A stretch of DNA of 64,000 nt from Rhynchopus sp. YZ270_cl-10 (GCA_964035575.1 OZ037840.1:124001-188000); one strand, 5' to 3'; shown: positions 12,137-23,698, counted from the stretch's first letter. A program made the numbers and translations. Notes: generated from the letters alone by a model not told the origin.

Positions 12137-13329
12137 GGGGAGGGTCACTGTACTCGATAAATGCGATTTTTCCGATTTTGATCCTCAGAACCGCAGAAGT
12201 CCCCGAAAACTATACCAAACCACCTAGGGGACCCAAAAAACGCACCAGCGCCCCAGTTTTGACACAGAAACACTCAGATGATGCCTGAAATGCAATTTTT
12301 AAAAAATGCCTACAGAACTTGTACCTGCCCACCCCCCGTAGATAGAGCAACTCACACATTCATCACGCCTCAGTGTGAGCCAGGGGCCAGAAAAGCCCCC
12401 AAAGCCACATATTTTCACCCCAGAACCTATCCCGAGGGGTACCCAGCCTGTTTCGGGGTGTTTAGAGGGACTTGGTGGAACTTAGAACCATGTTTCAAAA
12501 AGGGTACAAGTACTGTGCCAAGGGTTTTCCCACCCTAAGGTATCTGAAGCCGTCAAAAAGCGTGAAGTAGGCAATAAATCAAAAAATACCCCCTGAGGTC
12601 AAAAAAACCACACCATAGGCCCATTTGGACCCCAAAAATTGAATTCCGCCCGGTTTTGGGCACTTTTGACCACTTCTGAGCGACTTTTTTGCGTTTTTTA
12701 AAAGTGACCACCAACTTGTACCTGCCCACCCCCCCTGTAGATAGAGCAACTCACACATCCATCACGCCTCAGTGTGAGCCAGGGGCCAGAAAAGCCCCCA
12801 AAGCCACATATTTTCACCCCAGAACCTATCCGAGGGGTACCCAGGCTGTTTCGGGGTGTTTAGAGGGACTTGGTGGAACTTAGAACCATGTTTCAAAAAG
12901 GGTACAAGTACTGTGCCAAGGGTTTGCCCTCTCAAGGGACCAAGTACTTGTACCCTTTTTGAAACATGGTTCTAAGTTCCACCAAGTCCCTCTAAACACC
13001 CCGAAACAGGCTGGGTACCCCTCGGGATAGGTTCTGGGGTGAAAATATGTGGCTTTGGGGGCTTTTCTGGCCCCTGGCTCACACTGAGGCGTGATGGATG
13101 TGTGAGTTGCTCTATCTACAGGGGTGGGCAGGTACAAGTTCTGTAGGCACTCTTTTAAAATTGCATTTCAGGCATTATCTGATTGTTTCTGTGTCAAAAC
13201 TGGGGCGCTGGTGCGTTTTTTGGGTCCCCTAGGTGGTTTGGTATAGTTTTCGGGGACTTCTGCGGTTCTGAGGATCAAAATCGGAAAAATCGCATTTATC
13301 GAGAGATTTAACGTGCAGTGACCCTCCCC
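12137..13329. mobile_element. Long-TIR foldback-type element (family A, copy 2, inverted)
   Basis: Near-identical reverse complement of 7506-8700, TA-flanked, inserted in a G-run. Confidence 0.85.
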
Positions 13330-14495
13330 TAGGGGGGGGGGGGGGTCAATTTTACCCCCAGAATCTGGCACGGTGCGCTGGTCAGCCTCACCCCCCTGTA
13401 AAAAATTACATATTTTCCCCCGAACTACACGTTTTCCACCCACCACCAGTGTTGGCACTGGTGAAGAGCGACAACACCCGCACCGACTACACTACGTGGA
13501 ACGGTGATGGCAGTGAGGAAAAAGACTTGGCGAAAAGAATAAAAGTAGCGTACCGTGCGCCTGCGGCGCAAGCTTACATCACACCCTTCCCATGACATAG
13601 TTTGGCTGTACAATAGTGCAATTTTAGAAATGTTGCGTACCGTGGCTTCGCCAGGAACCTTTGGGTGCCATGGCCACCGTTTCTTGACCTGTTTCATACC
13701 CTCACAGAAGCTACATACCACCATGATATTCTGAAGCTTTGGGGTATGGGGTTTTCTTGGTGAGATCGAGGCTTCATCGAGAAAGCTCGGAATACACCCA
13801 AAAACCCTTGAAAGACATGTGATGACCTGATGTGGTGACATTTTTCCCGGCGGAAAAAAATTTTTTTTTGGGAAAAAATTGACCCCCCCCGAGAAAAAAA
13901 AACGAGATCCTAGAAACAACCCTGAAGGAAAGGTAAAAAAGAAAAGTAGTTTCGGCCCCTGCCCCTAGACTGTAAATACACACCGTGGGGGAGGCCCTGG
14001 GGGAGGGGAGGGGGATATGCAGATGCGCGGACTTCATGAGGGTCTCGCGCAGTTTGCCACATACGATGTGTTAACTCTTCCCCAGGGCAAGGGGAGTCCA
14101 ACTACAGGTCTTCGCATATTTTCTTTGTTGTTGCTTTTGTGTTTGGATCCATGACCAAATGGTCTTCAGGAATCTTTTTTCGTGTTTTTCAAAAGTAAAA
14201 GTAAGTGTTTTTATCATAAAATACCTAACAAATAACAACAATTGGTGTGGCCGACGACCCCAAAATAGCACAAAAATAGCACAAAAATAGCACCCCCTTT
14301 CAGCCACACCAACAATACAGACAACAAACCAAAAAAAAAAAAAACACACGCCCAAGATTTAAAATGCCACATCACCGAGAGAGTGTGAGACAGCAGTAAT
14401 TTGCACCTGGGCAGTGCAGTGTCTAGGTAAAGGAAACGTTAAGAGTGCGAACCGAATCCTAAGAGAGCTGGTCCGACTGCATGGGGTGGTGTAGT

Positions 14496-15302
14496 CATAC
14501 TGTGCAGGCGAGCCGTTTTTAGGCGAGTTTTTCGCCACCCCTGATTTTCAGGAAAAACTCGCCAAAAACTCGCCCTACTCGCCCATTACTCGCCCTATAC
14601 TCGCCTATTACTCGCCAAAAACTCGCCTAAACTCGCCTAAACTCGCCCAAATTTGGGTGCAAATCCTGGTGCACATACGCACCTTGGGGGTGAAAATGTG
14701 CACCAGGATGTGAAAATGGAGGGCGGGGGTGACTGATGACAACATGCCACTCGAAAACACACAAAAAAAATTGAAATTGTGTCACTTGTACGTCTAAAGG
14801 CAACCATGTCACGGCAGTGGCTGACAGGCATGTATGTAAACATTTGCTCCAGGGGAAGATCCAAGCGTGCCATAGATCCCGGGGGACAAGACGTGCTACA
14901 ATCCGGATCTTCGTCATGAGCCGGGGCTACACTCGCTATACAACAATGTCCTCGCCATGCCGGTAAATGGCAACCCTGCAGGCCACCCCTTGGCGGTATT
15001 CCCCCACGACTACATCGCACCCATCTGTGCAAGCTTCATGGATCCGCAGAAGCTACAGCTGGACTGGTGGTACTGGTTGTGGAAGCCTACAAAGCAAACT
15101 GTAGAGGTCTTGTTCAAGTGGAACGAAAAAAAATTTCTCTTCAAAACTCAAATTTCCCTCATATTTTCGTGTGTACACTTTTCCCAAGGTAAAATCCCTA
15201 CCAAAAAAAAAAACTCGCCAAAACTCGCCCCCCAAAAATGGGCGAGTTTTAGGCGAGTTTTTGGCGAGTAGGCGAGTTTTTTTTACTCGCCCGCACAGTA
15301 TG
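14496..15302. mobile_element. MITE family D, copy 2 (inverted)
   Basis: Same TIRs as 11277-12107; 6-bp TSD TGTAGT (14490-14495 and 15303-15308). Confidence 0.88.
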
Positions 15303-15334
15303 TGTAGTATAGGGCAGCGCTGTCCAGAGCGACG

Positions 15335-17149
15335 TCAGGGCAGGTGTTGGGGGTCGCACACCATGAGTGTGCTACTGGCAAGCTTCTTCACGTGCACAGA
15401 CACCTGCAGAACCTCGCACTGCGCAGGAATGTCAATAACGTTGTCGACTTCACTGTTCTTGTCACGCAACACTGCTGCCACGGCAGAGGCAGACAGCTCA
15501 CCCCGCAAGTACCCGCGTACAGCCGTGTTGTAGTCCTCCCACTGCTTGTCGCCTTTCAGCATGTACATCCACTCCGCTTGTGCAGGTGTCGCTGCCTCCT
15601 CCGGCACGACCAACTCAGCAACAACCTCCTCACGGGACTCACCAACTTCCACCTTGCAAGGAACCAGACGCAGTTGGTGTTCGCACTCAGATTCCTTGAA
15701 GCAGAGGCGGTTGCACAGCACACTGCACCCCAACACACGGCCGGCACGTTCTAGCACGTTCACGTCCCTCACCAGTGTGCCCACCATGCTGAAGCGGCGC
15801 ATCACTTCACACCCCATGTCACCACGCAGCACCTTCCCAGTCGCAACTCCCATGTTCACGTGTGGTGCAATGTTGTTGTCATCACCACACAGCAGCAATG
15901 TGGCAGCGTGCAGTGCTGAGGTTGCGTGTGACGCACACTGCTTCGACGTGTTGAACGAGCAGTGGATCCTGTCCCCAACAAAGACGTCCACCATCCCACG
16001 ACGCACTTCTGTTGCCTGCAACGTCTTCAGAAGAAGAGTTGTGAACAGGTCGGAGAAGCGTGCACTGTCCTCCTCCAAGCGGTGCAACGTGTCTTTGATG
16101 TTCAGTGTCAGCAACGTTGCACTCACAGAAGACAAGTCTAACGGCAAAGATGTCAAAGTTGCCATAGTAGGTAATAAAGAAGATGCCACTGAGCTGCAAG
16201 ACATCGTAGTGAGCTCATCTGTTGAGGGTACACGTGGAAAGACGGCCTTCCTAGGTGAGGCCAGTAGCTGATAGGTGGTCTTCCTACGTTCATAAGGCAG
16301 ACACGTCTGCGGGAGGTATGCCTTGTACACACGCAGGTTCTCCTCCAACTTCCGCAGTGCGTCCCTTATCCCCTCAGGCAGTTCAGCCTCGTGAACCGCT
16401 AGCAGTTCCGCCACCATCTCCACGTCGTACCCCGCAAGCAGCGACGCAATTTCTTGCACAGCGCTGATCGTCCGCTCCATTGATGCCTGCTCCTTCAGGA
16501 TATCGTGTGCAAACTTCCGTGTAGCGACAAAGTCTAACACGAAAACAGCAAGCGCCACTAGCAACTCATGACTCGAGTCACGTGCACAGGGCAGGTCTGT
16601 GCACCCTGTGAAGGAGTCAAAGTACGCTCTCCTCCCGTCTGCACCGCCCTGTGATGGTAGACCAGGCATGTCCAGAAGACCGAAGCGCACATATTCCTCT
16701 ATGCCCATTAGCAGTAGCCACGCAATCGTGCAGCAGACTACAGCTGCAGTGTAGCGTGCAGGTGTTTGCATCACAAGCAGCAGGTCCACCACCAGCACAA
16801 GTGTGTGTGCAGTGCCGCTGCCAAACGCACGTTTTGAGAAGTCGAAGCACAGTATGGCAACACCGTACAGCGACGCCACTGTGACGACGAAAGGCACACT
16901 CAGCGTTGTCTTCGTCAGCACGACTACTATACTCATACACGTTGTGCACATGAACAAGACACTCCCGATCATCTCAAGCGGCCTGTCCCCCACTGTACTG
17001 CTCACAGAGGCCAGAAACACCACAATGAACACAAACGATACCACATTCAGAGCCAAGAACAGTGTCCGCTTCTGCTGCTCCTTCTTGTCCAGCGTCCCGT
17101 CCAGCGACAGCACCGCTTCGAGCCATCGTGGAACCCTCAGATTCATCAT
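15335..17149 (-). CDS. Membrane-anchored class III cyclase-like protein, single degenerate domain (type I, copy 1)
   Basis: About 6 hydrophobic segments, a helical linker ending YKAYLP, then LLTLNIKD / VDVFVGDRIHCSFN / NMGVATGKVLRGDMG / RFSMVGTLV. Start MMNLRVPRW chosen by alignment with paralogs. Confidence 0.85.
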   Translation of the reverse strand: MMNLRVPRWLEAVLSLDGTLDKKEQQKRTLFLALNVVSFVFIVVFLASVSSTVGDRPLEMIGSVLFMCTTCMSIVVVLTKTTLSVPFVVTVASLYGVAILCFDFSKRAFGSGTAHTLVLVVDLLLVMQTPARYTAAVVCCTIAWLLLMGIEEYVRFGLLDMPGLPSQGGADGRRAYFDSFTGCTDLPCARDSSHELLVALAVFVLDFVATRKFAHDILKEQASMERTISAVQEIASLLAGYDVEMVAELLAVHEAELPEGIRDALRKLEENLRVYKAYLPQTCLPYERRKTTYQLLASPRKAVFPRVPSTDELTTMSCSSVASSLLPTMATLTSLPLDLSSVSATLLTLNIKDTLHRLEEDSARFSDLFTTLLLKTLQATEVRRGMVDVFVGDRIHCSFNTSKQCASHATSALHAATLLLCGDDNNIAPHVNMGVATGKVLRGDMGCEVMRRFSMVGTLVRDVNVLERAGRVLGCSVLCNRLCFKESECEHQLRLVPCKVEVGESREEVVAELVVPEEAATPAQAEWMYMLKGDKQWEDYNTAVRGYLRGELSASAVAAVLRDKNSEVDNVIDIPAQCEVLQVSVHVKKLASSTLMVCDPQHLP

Positions 17150-17379
17150 GTACAAGATACCCTGCTGTGTTGTGCAGGGTGGGGTGGGGACTGGATGGGG
17201 GTGGGGTGGAGGGTGCCATGAAGCAGAGTCGCTAGACGCAAGCACCCTCGTGGTAAAGACCTCATGCAAAAGCCTTCCTGTCGCTTGCTGCTGATGCACA
17301 ACGCACACACACACAGCTCTAATCGGCAGAACAGCAAACACCACTGCTTCGTTTTTTTTTTTTTTTTTGTTGATTTTGT

Positions 17380-17938
17380 CAGGGTTGTTTCTAGGATCTC
17401 GTTTTTTTTTCTCGGGGGGGGGGTCAATTTTTTTCCCAAAAAAAAATTTTTTTCCGCCGGGAAAAAATGGTCTTTCGAGGGTTTTTGGGTGTATTCCGAG
17501 CTTTCTCGACGAAGCCTCGATCTGACCAAGAAAACCCCATACCCCAAACCTTCAGAATATCATGGTGGTATGTAGCTTCTGTGAGGGTATGAAACAGGTA
17601 AAGAAACGGTGGCCATTGCACCCAAGGTTCCTGGCGAAGCCACGGTACGCAACATTTCTAAAATTGCGCTTAAAATTGCACTATTGTACAGCCAAACTAT
17701 GCCATGGGAAGGGTGTGATGTAAGCTTGCGCCGCAGGCGCACGGTACGCTACTTTTATTATTTTCGACAAATCTTTTTTCTCACTCCCATCACCGTTCCA
17801 CGTAGTGTAGTCGGTGCGGGTGTTGTCGCTCTTCACCAGTGCCAACACTGGTGGTGGGTGGAAAACGTGTAGTTCGGGGGAAAATATGTAATTTTTTACA
17901 GGGGGGTGAGGCTGACCAGCGCACCGTGCCAGATTCTG
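17380..17938. mobile_element. One-ended copy of the outer hAT-type element
   Basis: Begins CAGGGTTGTTTCTAGGATCTC and is the reverse complement of about 13358-13924; no matching second end seen. Confidence 0.8.
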
Positions 17939-17950
17939 GGCCACCGTGCG

Positions 17951-18143
17951 CTGGTCAGAGGTCTGACCAGGTAATACCTGGTCAGATTTATGACCAGGTA
18001 CACCTGGTCAGATCTGACCAGGTACACCTGGTCATGACCAGGTATACCTGGTCATGACCAGGTGTACCTGGTCAGATGACCAGGTACCTGGTCACATTTA
18101 CCCAGGTAAGTACCCAGGCGCCCAGGTGACCAGGTACCCAGGT
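17951..18143. repeat. Tandem array of palindromic TGACCAGGT(N)ACCTGGTCA units
   Basis: About six palindromic ~20-bp units plus degenerate CCAGGT copies; overlaps the 3' end of the ORF at 18052. Confidence 0.85.
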
Positions 18144-19908
18144 ACGGCAGCTTATCCGGGTGCACAGACAACTGCAGCACCTCGCACTGCGCAGGTAGGT
18201 CACAAAAACGATCCACAGTATTCGCGTTGTTCATGCTGTGTGAGGCTTGTGCCACTGCAGAGGCAGACAGCTCACCCCGCAAGTACCCACGTACAGCCGT
18301 GTTGTAGTCCTCCCACTGCTTGTTGCCTCGCAGCATGTACATCCACTCACCTTCAGCCGGTGCTTCGAGTGCCTCCTTCGGCACAACCAACTCAGCAACA
18401 ACCTCCGCATCACAGCCGGCAGCAAGCTCGATCTTGCAGGGGATCAGACGCAGTTCATGTTCGCACTCAGCATCGCTGAAGCAGAGACGGTTGCACAGCA
18501 CACTGCACCCCAACACACGGCCAGCACGTTCCAGCACGTTCACGTCACGAGCAAGTGTGCCCACCATGCTGAAGCGGCGCATCACTTCACACCCCATGTC
18601 ACCACGCAGCACCTTCCCAGTCGCAACTCCCATGTTCACATGTGGTGCAATGTTGTTGTCATCACCACACAGCAGCAATGTGGCAGCGTGCAGTGCTGAG
18701 GTTGCGTGTGGTGCACACTGCTTCGACGTGTTGAACGAGCAGTGGATCCTGTCCCCAACAAAGACGTCCACCATCCCACGACGCACTTCTGTTGCCTGCA
18801 ACGTCTTCAGAAGAAGAGTTGTGAACAGGTCTGAGAAGCGTGCACTGTCCTCCTCCAAGCGGTGCAACGTGTCTTTGATGTTCAGTGTCAGCAGTGTTGC
18901 GTTCCGAGGCGACAAGCCCAATGACTGTGCTACTCCCCCACCCCCCTCGCTCGCAACAGTGGACCTTATGCTAGTGGCTATGCTGGACGACCCCTGCTCA
19001 CTTGCCTGGGGGAAGTGTCGACTTCGTTCATCGTCCTTCATATCCTCGTCATCAAACGGCAGACACGTCTGCGGGAGGTATGCCTTGTACTTCCGCAGGT
19101 TCTCCTCTATACTCTGCAGTGCGTCCCTCATCCCCTCAGGCAGCGCAGCCTCGTGAACCTTCAGCATCTCCGCAACCCCCTCCACGTCGTACCCCGCAAG
19201 CAGCGACGCAATCTCCTGCACAGTGCTGATCGTCCGCTTCATTGTTGCCTGCTCCTTCAGGATGTCTGTGGCAAACTGGCGGGTTGCGAAGAAGTCTATT
19301 GCGAAGACTGACAGCGAATGCAGAAGCAACGAACTCGAGTCACGTGCACAGGGCAAATCCATGCACCCTGTGTAGGAATCGAAATACGCCCTTCTTCCAC
19401 CTGCACCGCCCTGTGGCGCCAGACCAGGAATGTCCAGCAGACCAAAGCGCATACGTTCTTCCAAAGCCATCACTATCAGCCAGACAAACGTCAGGAGGAC
19501 TACAGACACAGTGTATCTGGCCGGCATTTGCATCACAAGAAGAAAGTCGACGACCAGCACGTTGGTGGCCCAGACACTGCCGCCCAGTGAGCGCAACGAG
19601 AGGTCAAAGGCGAGGATCGCACCTACGTATATGTACGAGATAGTGACGACCAGAGGCGTGCTCAGCTGCGCCCTGCAGAACACGGCCACCATGCCTGCAC
19701 ACGAAGCTGCCTGGAAGAGAGCGGCGCCAAGGACGTCGATCGGCCTGTCGTGCAACGTCGTGATCAGGGTTGCCACAAACAACCCAGAGAAGACGGACGA
19801 CAGCGCGTTAAAGGCGAAGAACAACGTCCGCTTCTGCTGCTCCCCTGCGTTCAGCGTGCCGTCCAGAGACAGCATGTCCTCGAACCATCGTGGCACCTTC
19901 AGTCTCAT
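18052..19908 (-). CDS. Type I cyclase-like protein, copy 2 (C-terminus derived from repeat)
   Basis: Same architecture as copy 1; the last ~30 codons are read from the palindromic repeat. Confidence 0.82.
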   Translation of the reverse strand: MRLKVPRWFEDMLSLDGTLNAGEQQKRTLFFAFNALSSVFSGLFVATLITTLHDRPIDVLGAALFQAASCAGMVAVFCRAQLSTPLVVTISYIYVGAILAFDLSLRSLGGSVWATNVLVVDFLLVMQMPARYTVSVVLLTFVWLIVMALEERMRFGLLDIPGLAPQGGAGGRRAYFDSYTGCMDLPCARDSSSLLLHSLSVFAIDFFATRQFATDILKEQATMKRTISTVQEIASLLAGYDVEGVAEMLKVHEAALPEGMRDALQSIEENLRKYKAYLPQTCLPFDDEDMKDDERSRHFPQASEQGSSSIATSIRSTVASEGGGGVAQSLGLSPRNATLLTLNIKDTLHRLEEDSARFSDLFTTLLLKTLQATEVRRGMVDVFVGDRIHCSFNTSKQCAPHATSALHAATLLLCGDDNNIAPHVNMGVATGKVLRGDMGCEVMRRFSMVGTLARDVNVLERAGRVLGCSVLCNRLCFSDAECEHELRLIPCKIELAAGCDAEVVAELVVPKEALEAPAEGEWMYMLRGNKQWEDYNTAVRGYLRGELSASAVAQASHSMNNANTVDRFCDLPAQCEVLQLSVHPDKLPYLGTWSPGRLGTYLGKCDQVPGHLTRYTWS

Positions 19909-20309
19909 GGGTCAGGCGAGATGCCCAAAAGGCGTGTATCTTCCTGTGTGTTGTGATGCTAGTGGACACGATGGGGGTTTTTCGAGTAAAATGAAGTTCT
20001 TTTTATTTTAAACAAAGGGACAACTTCGTATCAACAGAGGGGATGTCTGGGGAGGGAAGGAGGGGGAGGGGGAGGGGCGTGTTTTGGTGTCAACTGTGTG
20101 TTTAGCGGAAAGATTTTTGGTTGAGTTACAGGAACTTTGTGTCCGCTGCTTTTTTTTTGAAAATGAGGCAGAAATGCCGCAACTAATCTCAAAAAAAAAA
20201 TATGGATCCGTGAAGTATGAGACCTCATACACGGGAAAGGTGTGGGTTACAACCCGTACAGTGGGGCTCGCTACGTTGTTTTGTAGAAAACACACAACGC
20301 AAAAAATAA

Positions 20310-20730
20310 AACGTCTTCAGAAGAAGAGTTGTGAACAGGTCGGAGAAGCGTGCACTGTCCTCCTCCAAGCGGTGCAACGTGTCTTTGATGTTCAGTGTCA
20401 GCAGTGTTGCCCTCGTTGAGGACAGACCCAGTGGCTGCACATATGTCACCAGTAAAGCGGCCCTTGAGCTGTTCTGTGACACTGTTGTGTCGGAGTCACA
20501 CTCATAATCATCCTTCACATCGTCTTTGTCAAATGGCGGTTGCTAGAAAGTCCATGAAGACGCACAGCGAAAACAACACACGGCTCGAGTCACGTGCACA
20601 GGGCAGGTCTGTGCACTGTGAAGGAGTCAAAGTATGCTCTGTGATGGTAGACCAGGCATGTCCAGCAGACCGAAGCGCACACGTTCCTCTTCCAGCGCTA
20701 AGACCACCTGCCATACAGCGATGAAACCTA
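20310..20730 (-). pseudogene. Internally deleted type I cyclase-like gene fragments
   Basis: 20310-20535 encodes TVSQNSSRAALLVTYVQPLGLSSTRATLLTLNIKDTLHRLEEDSARFSDLFTTLLLKT. 20535-20730 matches the RFGLLDMPGLPSQ..CTDLPCARDSS membrane-region segment. Intervening and flanking coding parts are missing. Confidence 0.8.
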
Positions 20731-21062
20731 CAAGAGCAACGAACTCGGCACCTTGCTTGACTGCCCACAAGGGTGCGTGCCACTTGAGATGGTGAAAATA
20801 GCGTAAATTTTGATTTTAGAACATTCGGACACCTCGTGGATGCAACAGACCGTCCCGAGTGAGTGCAGTTCTCTCTAACCATTATGGCACCGCAAGGGGT
20901 GAAAAAGAGACAGTGACAAATAGAAAACAATGTTAAAAACTAATTCTCGGAACAGGAATAAATACAACACACAAAATGTGAATTAGTTCAGTATTGCATA
21001 ATTCATGAGGGAGGCTCAGGACACGTGTACCATGTGTAAATTTAAGAATCTGGAACTACGGA

Positions 21063-22817
21063 TCAGCCCACCAAATTATCAGCGCAAACGAAAGCCTTCT
21101 TTGTCGAATATCTCTTCTGTACGTAGAGTTTCAAAACATCACAGCCCCCAGAAGACGCAGACACGTTCACAGGTGTGTGTGCTGGTCCGTGCCTCTCAGC
21201 TGCCGCAACATCTTCTGCAGAGCACTCTCCCCTCATGAAGCTGCGCACTGCTGTGTTGTAGTCCTCCCAGTCCTTCTTCCCGCCAACCACGTACATCCAC
21301 TCATTGAGTGTAGATGTGAACCTGGCGCCTTTCGGCACAACCACCTCGGCAACAACCTCCGCGTCACAGCCGGCAGCAAGCTCGATCTTGCAGGGGATCA
21401 GACGCAGTTCATGCTCGCATTCACCTTCGCTGAAGCAGAGGCGGTTGCACAGCACACTGCACCCCAACACACGGCCGGCACGTTCAATGAGGTGCACGTC
21501 ACGCACAAGTGTGCCCACCATGCTGAAGCGGCGTATAACTTCACACCCCATGTCACCACGCAGCACCTTCCCAGTCGCAACTCCCATGTTCACATGTGGT
21601 GCAGTGTCATCATCACCACACAGCAGCAATGTGGCAGCGTGCAGTGCTGAGGTTGCGTGTGACGCACATATTTTCGACGTGTTGAACGAGCAGTGGATCC
21701 TGTCCCCAACAAAGACGTCCACCATCCCACGACGCACTTCTGTTGCCTGCAACGTCTTCAGAAGAAGAGTTGTGAACAGGTCAGAGAAGCTTGTACTGTC
21801 CTCCTCCACGAGGTGCAACGTGTCTTTGATGTTCAGTGTCAGCAGTGTTGCCCTTGTTGAGGACAGACCCAGTGGCTGTGCACGTATCGTCATCAGATTG
21901 GTCCTTGACCCTTGACTGGAAACTGTTGTAGCACCCAAAGAAGTCATGGACTCCTCCCACTCTTCGTCCTTGTCAAACGGCAGACACGTCTGCGGGAGGT
22001 ATGCCTTGTACTTCCGCAGGTTCTCCTCTATACTCTGCAGTGCGTCCCTCATCCCCTCAGGCAGCGCAGCCTCGTGAACCTTCAGCATCTCCGCAACCCC
22101 CTCCACGTCGTACCCCGCAAGCAGCGACGCAATCTCCTGCACAGTGCTGATCGTCCGCTCCATTGTTGACTGCTCCTCCAGGATCGACCTTGCAAACCCT
22201 CTCGTTGCGATGAAGTCAATAAGAAAGACACATGCCGCTCCTAGGTTGAGTGATGTCGTGTCGCTCGAACATGGGGGTGTGGCGCAGTCACTCAAATTCC
22301 TAAAAAATTGTTTCCTCCCCAACTCACCCTCCTGCGGCACAAGACCAGGTAGGTCCAGAAGGCCAAACCTGAAGTACTCCTCCACACACATGAGAGCCAA
22401 CCATGCAAGCACGAACACGACCAACCCAAGCGTGTAACGGATGGGCACCTGCATCACAAGCAGCAGGTCGACGACGAGAACGAGGGGCGACCAGAAGGTC
22501 TCCGCACGCCCACGCGATATCAGATCAGACAACAGGACGGAAACGGCGTACGAGTACGCTATACTGATGACAAGCAGAGTGCGCAACGGGAACTTGAATA
22601 GGATGAGCACCAACGCGATCACGCACGTCACCATCGCCAGCACCACCAGCCACATGCGCACACCACTATGCTGAAAACTCTCCGGCGAAAACGACACCAA
22701 AAACAACAACGCTGCAAGGTTCATCGCAAAGAACAGCTCACGCTTCTTCCTCTCCTTTGTGTCAAGCGTGCCATCCAACGACAGCGCCGCTTCAAGCCAA
22801 CGTGGCAACTTCATCAT
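21063..22817 (-). CDS. Type I cyclase-like protein, copy 3
   Basis: MMKLPRW start; same TM region and degenerate cyclase motifs. Confidence 0.85.
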   Translation of the reverse strand: MMKLPRWLEAALSLDGTLDTKERKKRELFFAMNLAALLFLVSFSPESFQHSGVRMWLVVLAMVTCVIALVLILFKFPLRTLLVISIAYSYAVSVLLSDLISRGRAETFWSPLVLVVDLLLVMQVPIRYTLGLVVFVLAWLALMCVEEYFRFGLLDLPGLVPQEGELGRKQFFRNLSDCATPPCSSDTTSLNLGAACVFLIDFIATRGFARSILEEQSTMERTISTVQEIASLLAGYDVEGVAEMLKVHEAALPEGMRDALQSIEENLRKYKAYLPQTCLPFDKDEEWEESMTSLGATTVSSQGSRTNLMTIRAQPLGLSSTRATLLTLNIKDTLHLVEEDSTSFSDLFTTLLLKTLQATEVRRGMVDVFVGDRIHCSFNTSKICASHATSALHAATLLLCGDDDTAPHVNMGVATGKVLRGDMGCEVIRRFSMVGTLVRDVHLIERAGRVLGCSVLCNRLCFSEGECEHELRLIPCKIELAAGCDAEVVAEVVVPKGARFTSTLNEWMYVVGGKKDWEDYNTAVRSFMRGECSAEDVAAAERHGPAHTPVNVSASSGGCDVLKLYVQKRYSTKKAFVCADNLVG

Positions 22818-23698
22818 AACTGCACCAGAACGGGCCACGCTATTTCTACCGTTACGCTAGTCTCAATATGTGTGTCTGGTGATTGCAGTGTTGTGTGGTG
22901 TGGAAGAGAGTGTTATGAAATAATAAAAACCCCGTTCGTCCTTTTAGTTGGTACGCTACCCACGGTTTTTTTCTTTTTTTTCTTTTTTTTTTTTTTCTTC
23001 AAAAAGCCCAAAAATGGATGACTGAAGTACAGAAATGCAATGAGTACATAATAGAAGGGGAAGGGAATGAACTAACAGTCTCAGACGTTTGAATCTTTTG
23101 AGATTCTGTCTTTTTCAATTCGTTTTCTTTGCCCTGCAGCGCTGCCTCCAATCTTTTTAGAATTGTCAACAAGTTGGTTTATCAAAAAAAAAGTGAAGTT
23201 ATTAATGCAGGCACCTCCGACTGACCCACGTACGATGCCAGCCATCCGGATGAAAGCACAAGTACCCTGCGGCCAACAACAGAAGATGTAAAAAGGAAAC
23301 CTAATGACTGGCCCGTACCGTAAGAGAACGAGGGCGGTTCACAACCGCTCGACAGCCGGCGGCCCACCTTCCGTTGAAGAGTTGTGAGCTTACAGGTACT
23401 GCAGTTCGCTGCACCCAACGCTTGATGCACGATAGTCTACACAAGAGAGCAGAAACCCAAAAACACAAAAAGGGGTGGGCGGGGGGGTCACAACATCTCT
23501 CTCTTGGCGCCCCATGCTGTACCGACAGTTGGGCCTCACCCTTTCTCTTAGGGATATACATGGACGTCCTTACAGGCAGCACACCGTAACCCAAAGGCGT
23601 GGCAGAGAGACTCCGTAGAGCGACTCTGGCCTGACCGCTAAAAAAAAAAAAAACGTTGTGCCTGGGAAAAGCTACTCCGCGCAAAAAAAGTGCAATTA

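Larger units (their letters stand above)
7469..13924. mobile_element. Outer hAT-type non-autonomous element hosting six nested insertions
   Basis: TIR CAGGGTTGTTTCTAGG / CCTAGAAACAACCCTG with a perfect 8-bp TSD AAGGAAAG (7461-7468 and 13925-13932). Confidence 0.88.

Noticed and set aside
7698..13137. Repeated ORFs of the PTPVDRATH..YPEGYP type
   Set aside because: They are translations of the non-coding foldback module with no domain features.
14730..14760. Hammerhead-like CTGATGA..GAAA (also CTGACGA-T-GAAAC near 56142)
   Set aside because: No pairable stem II or flanking stems.
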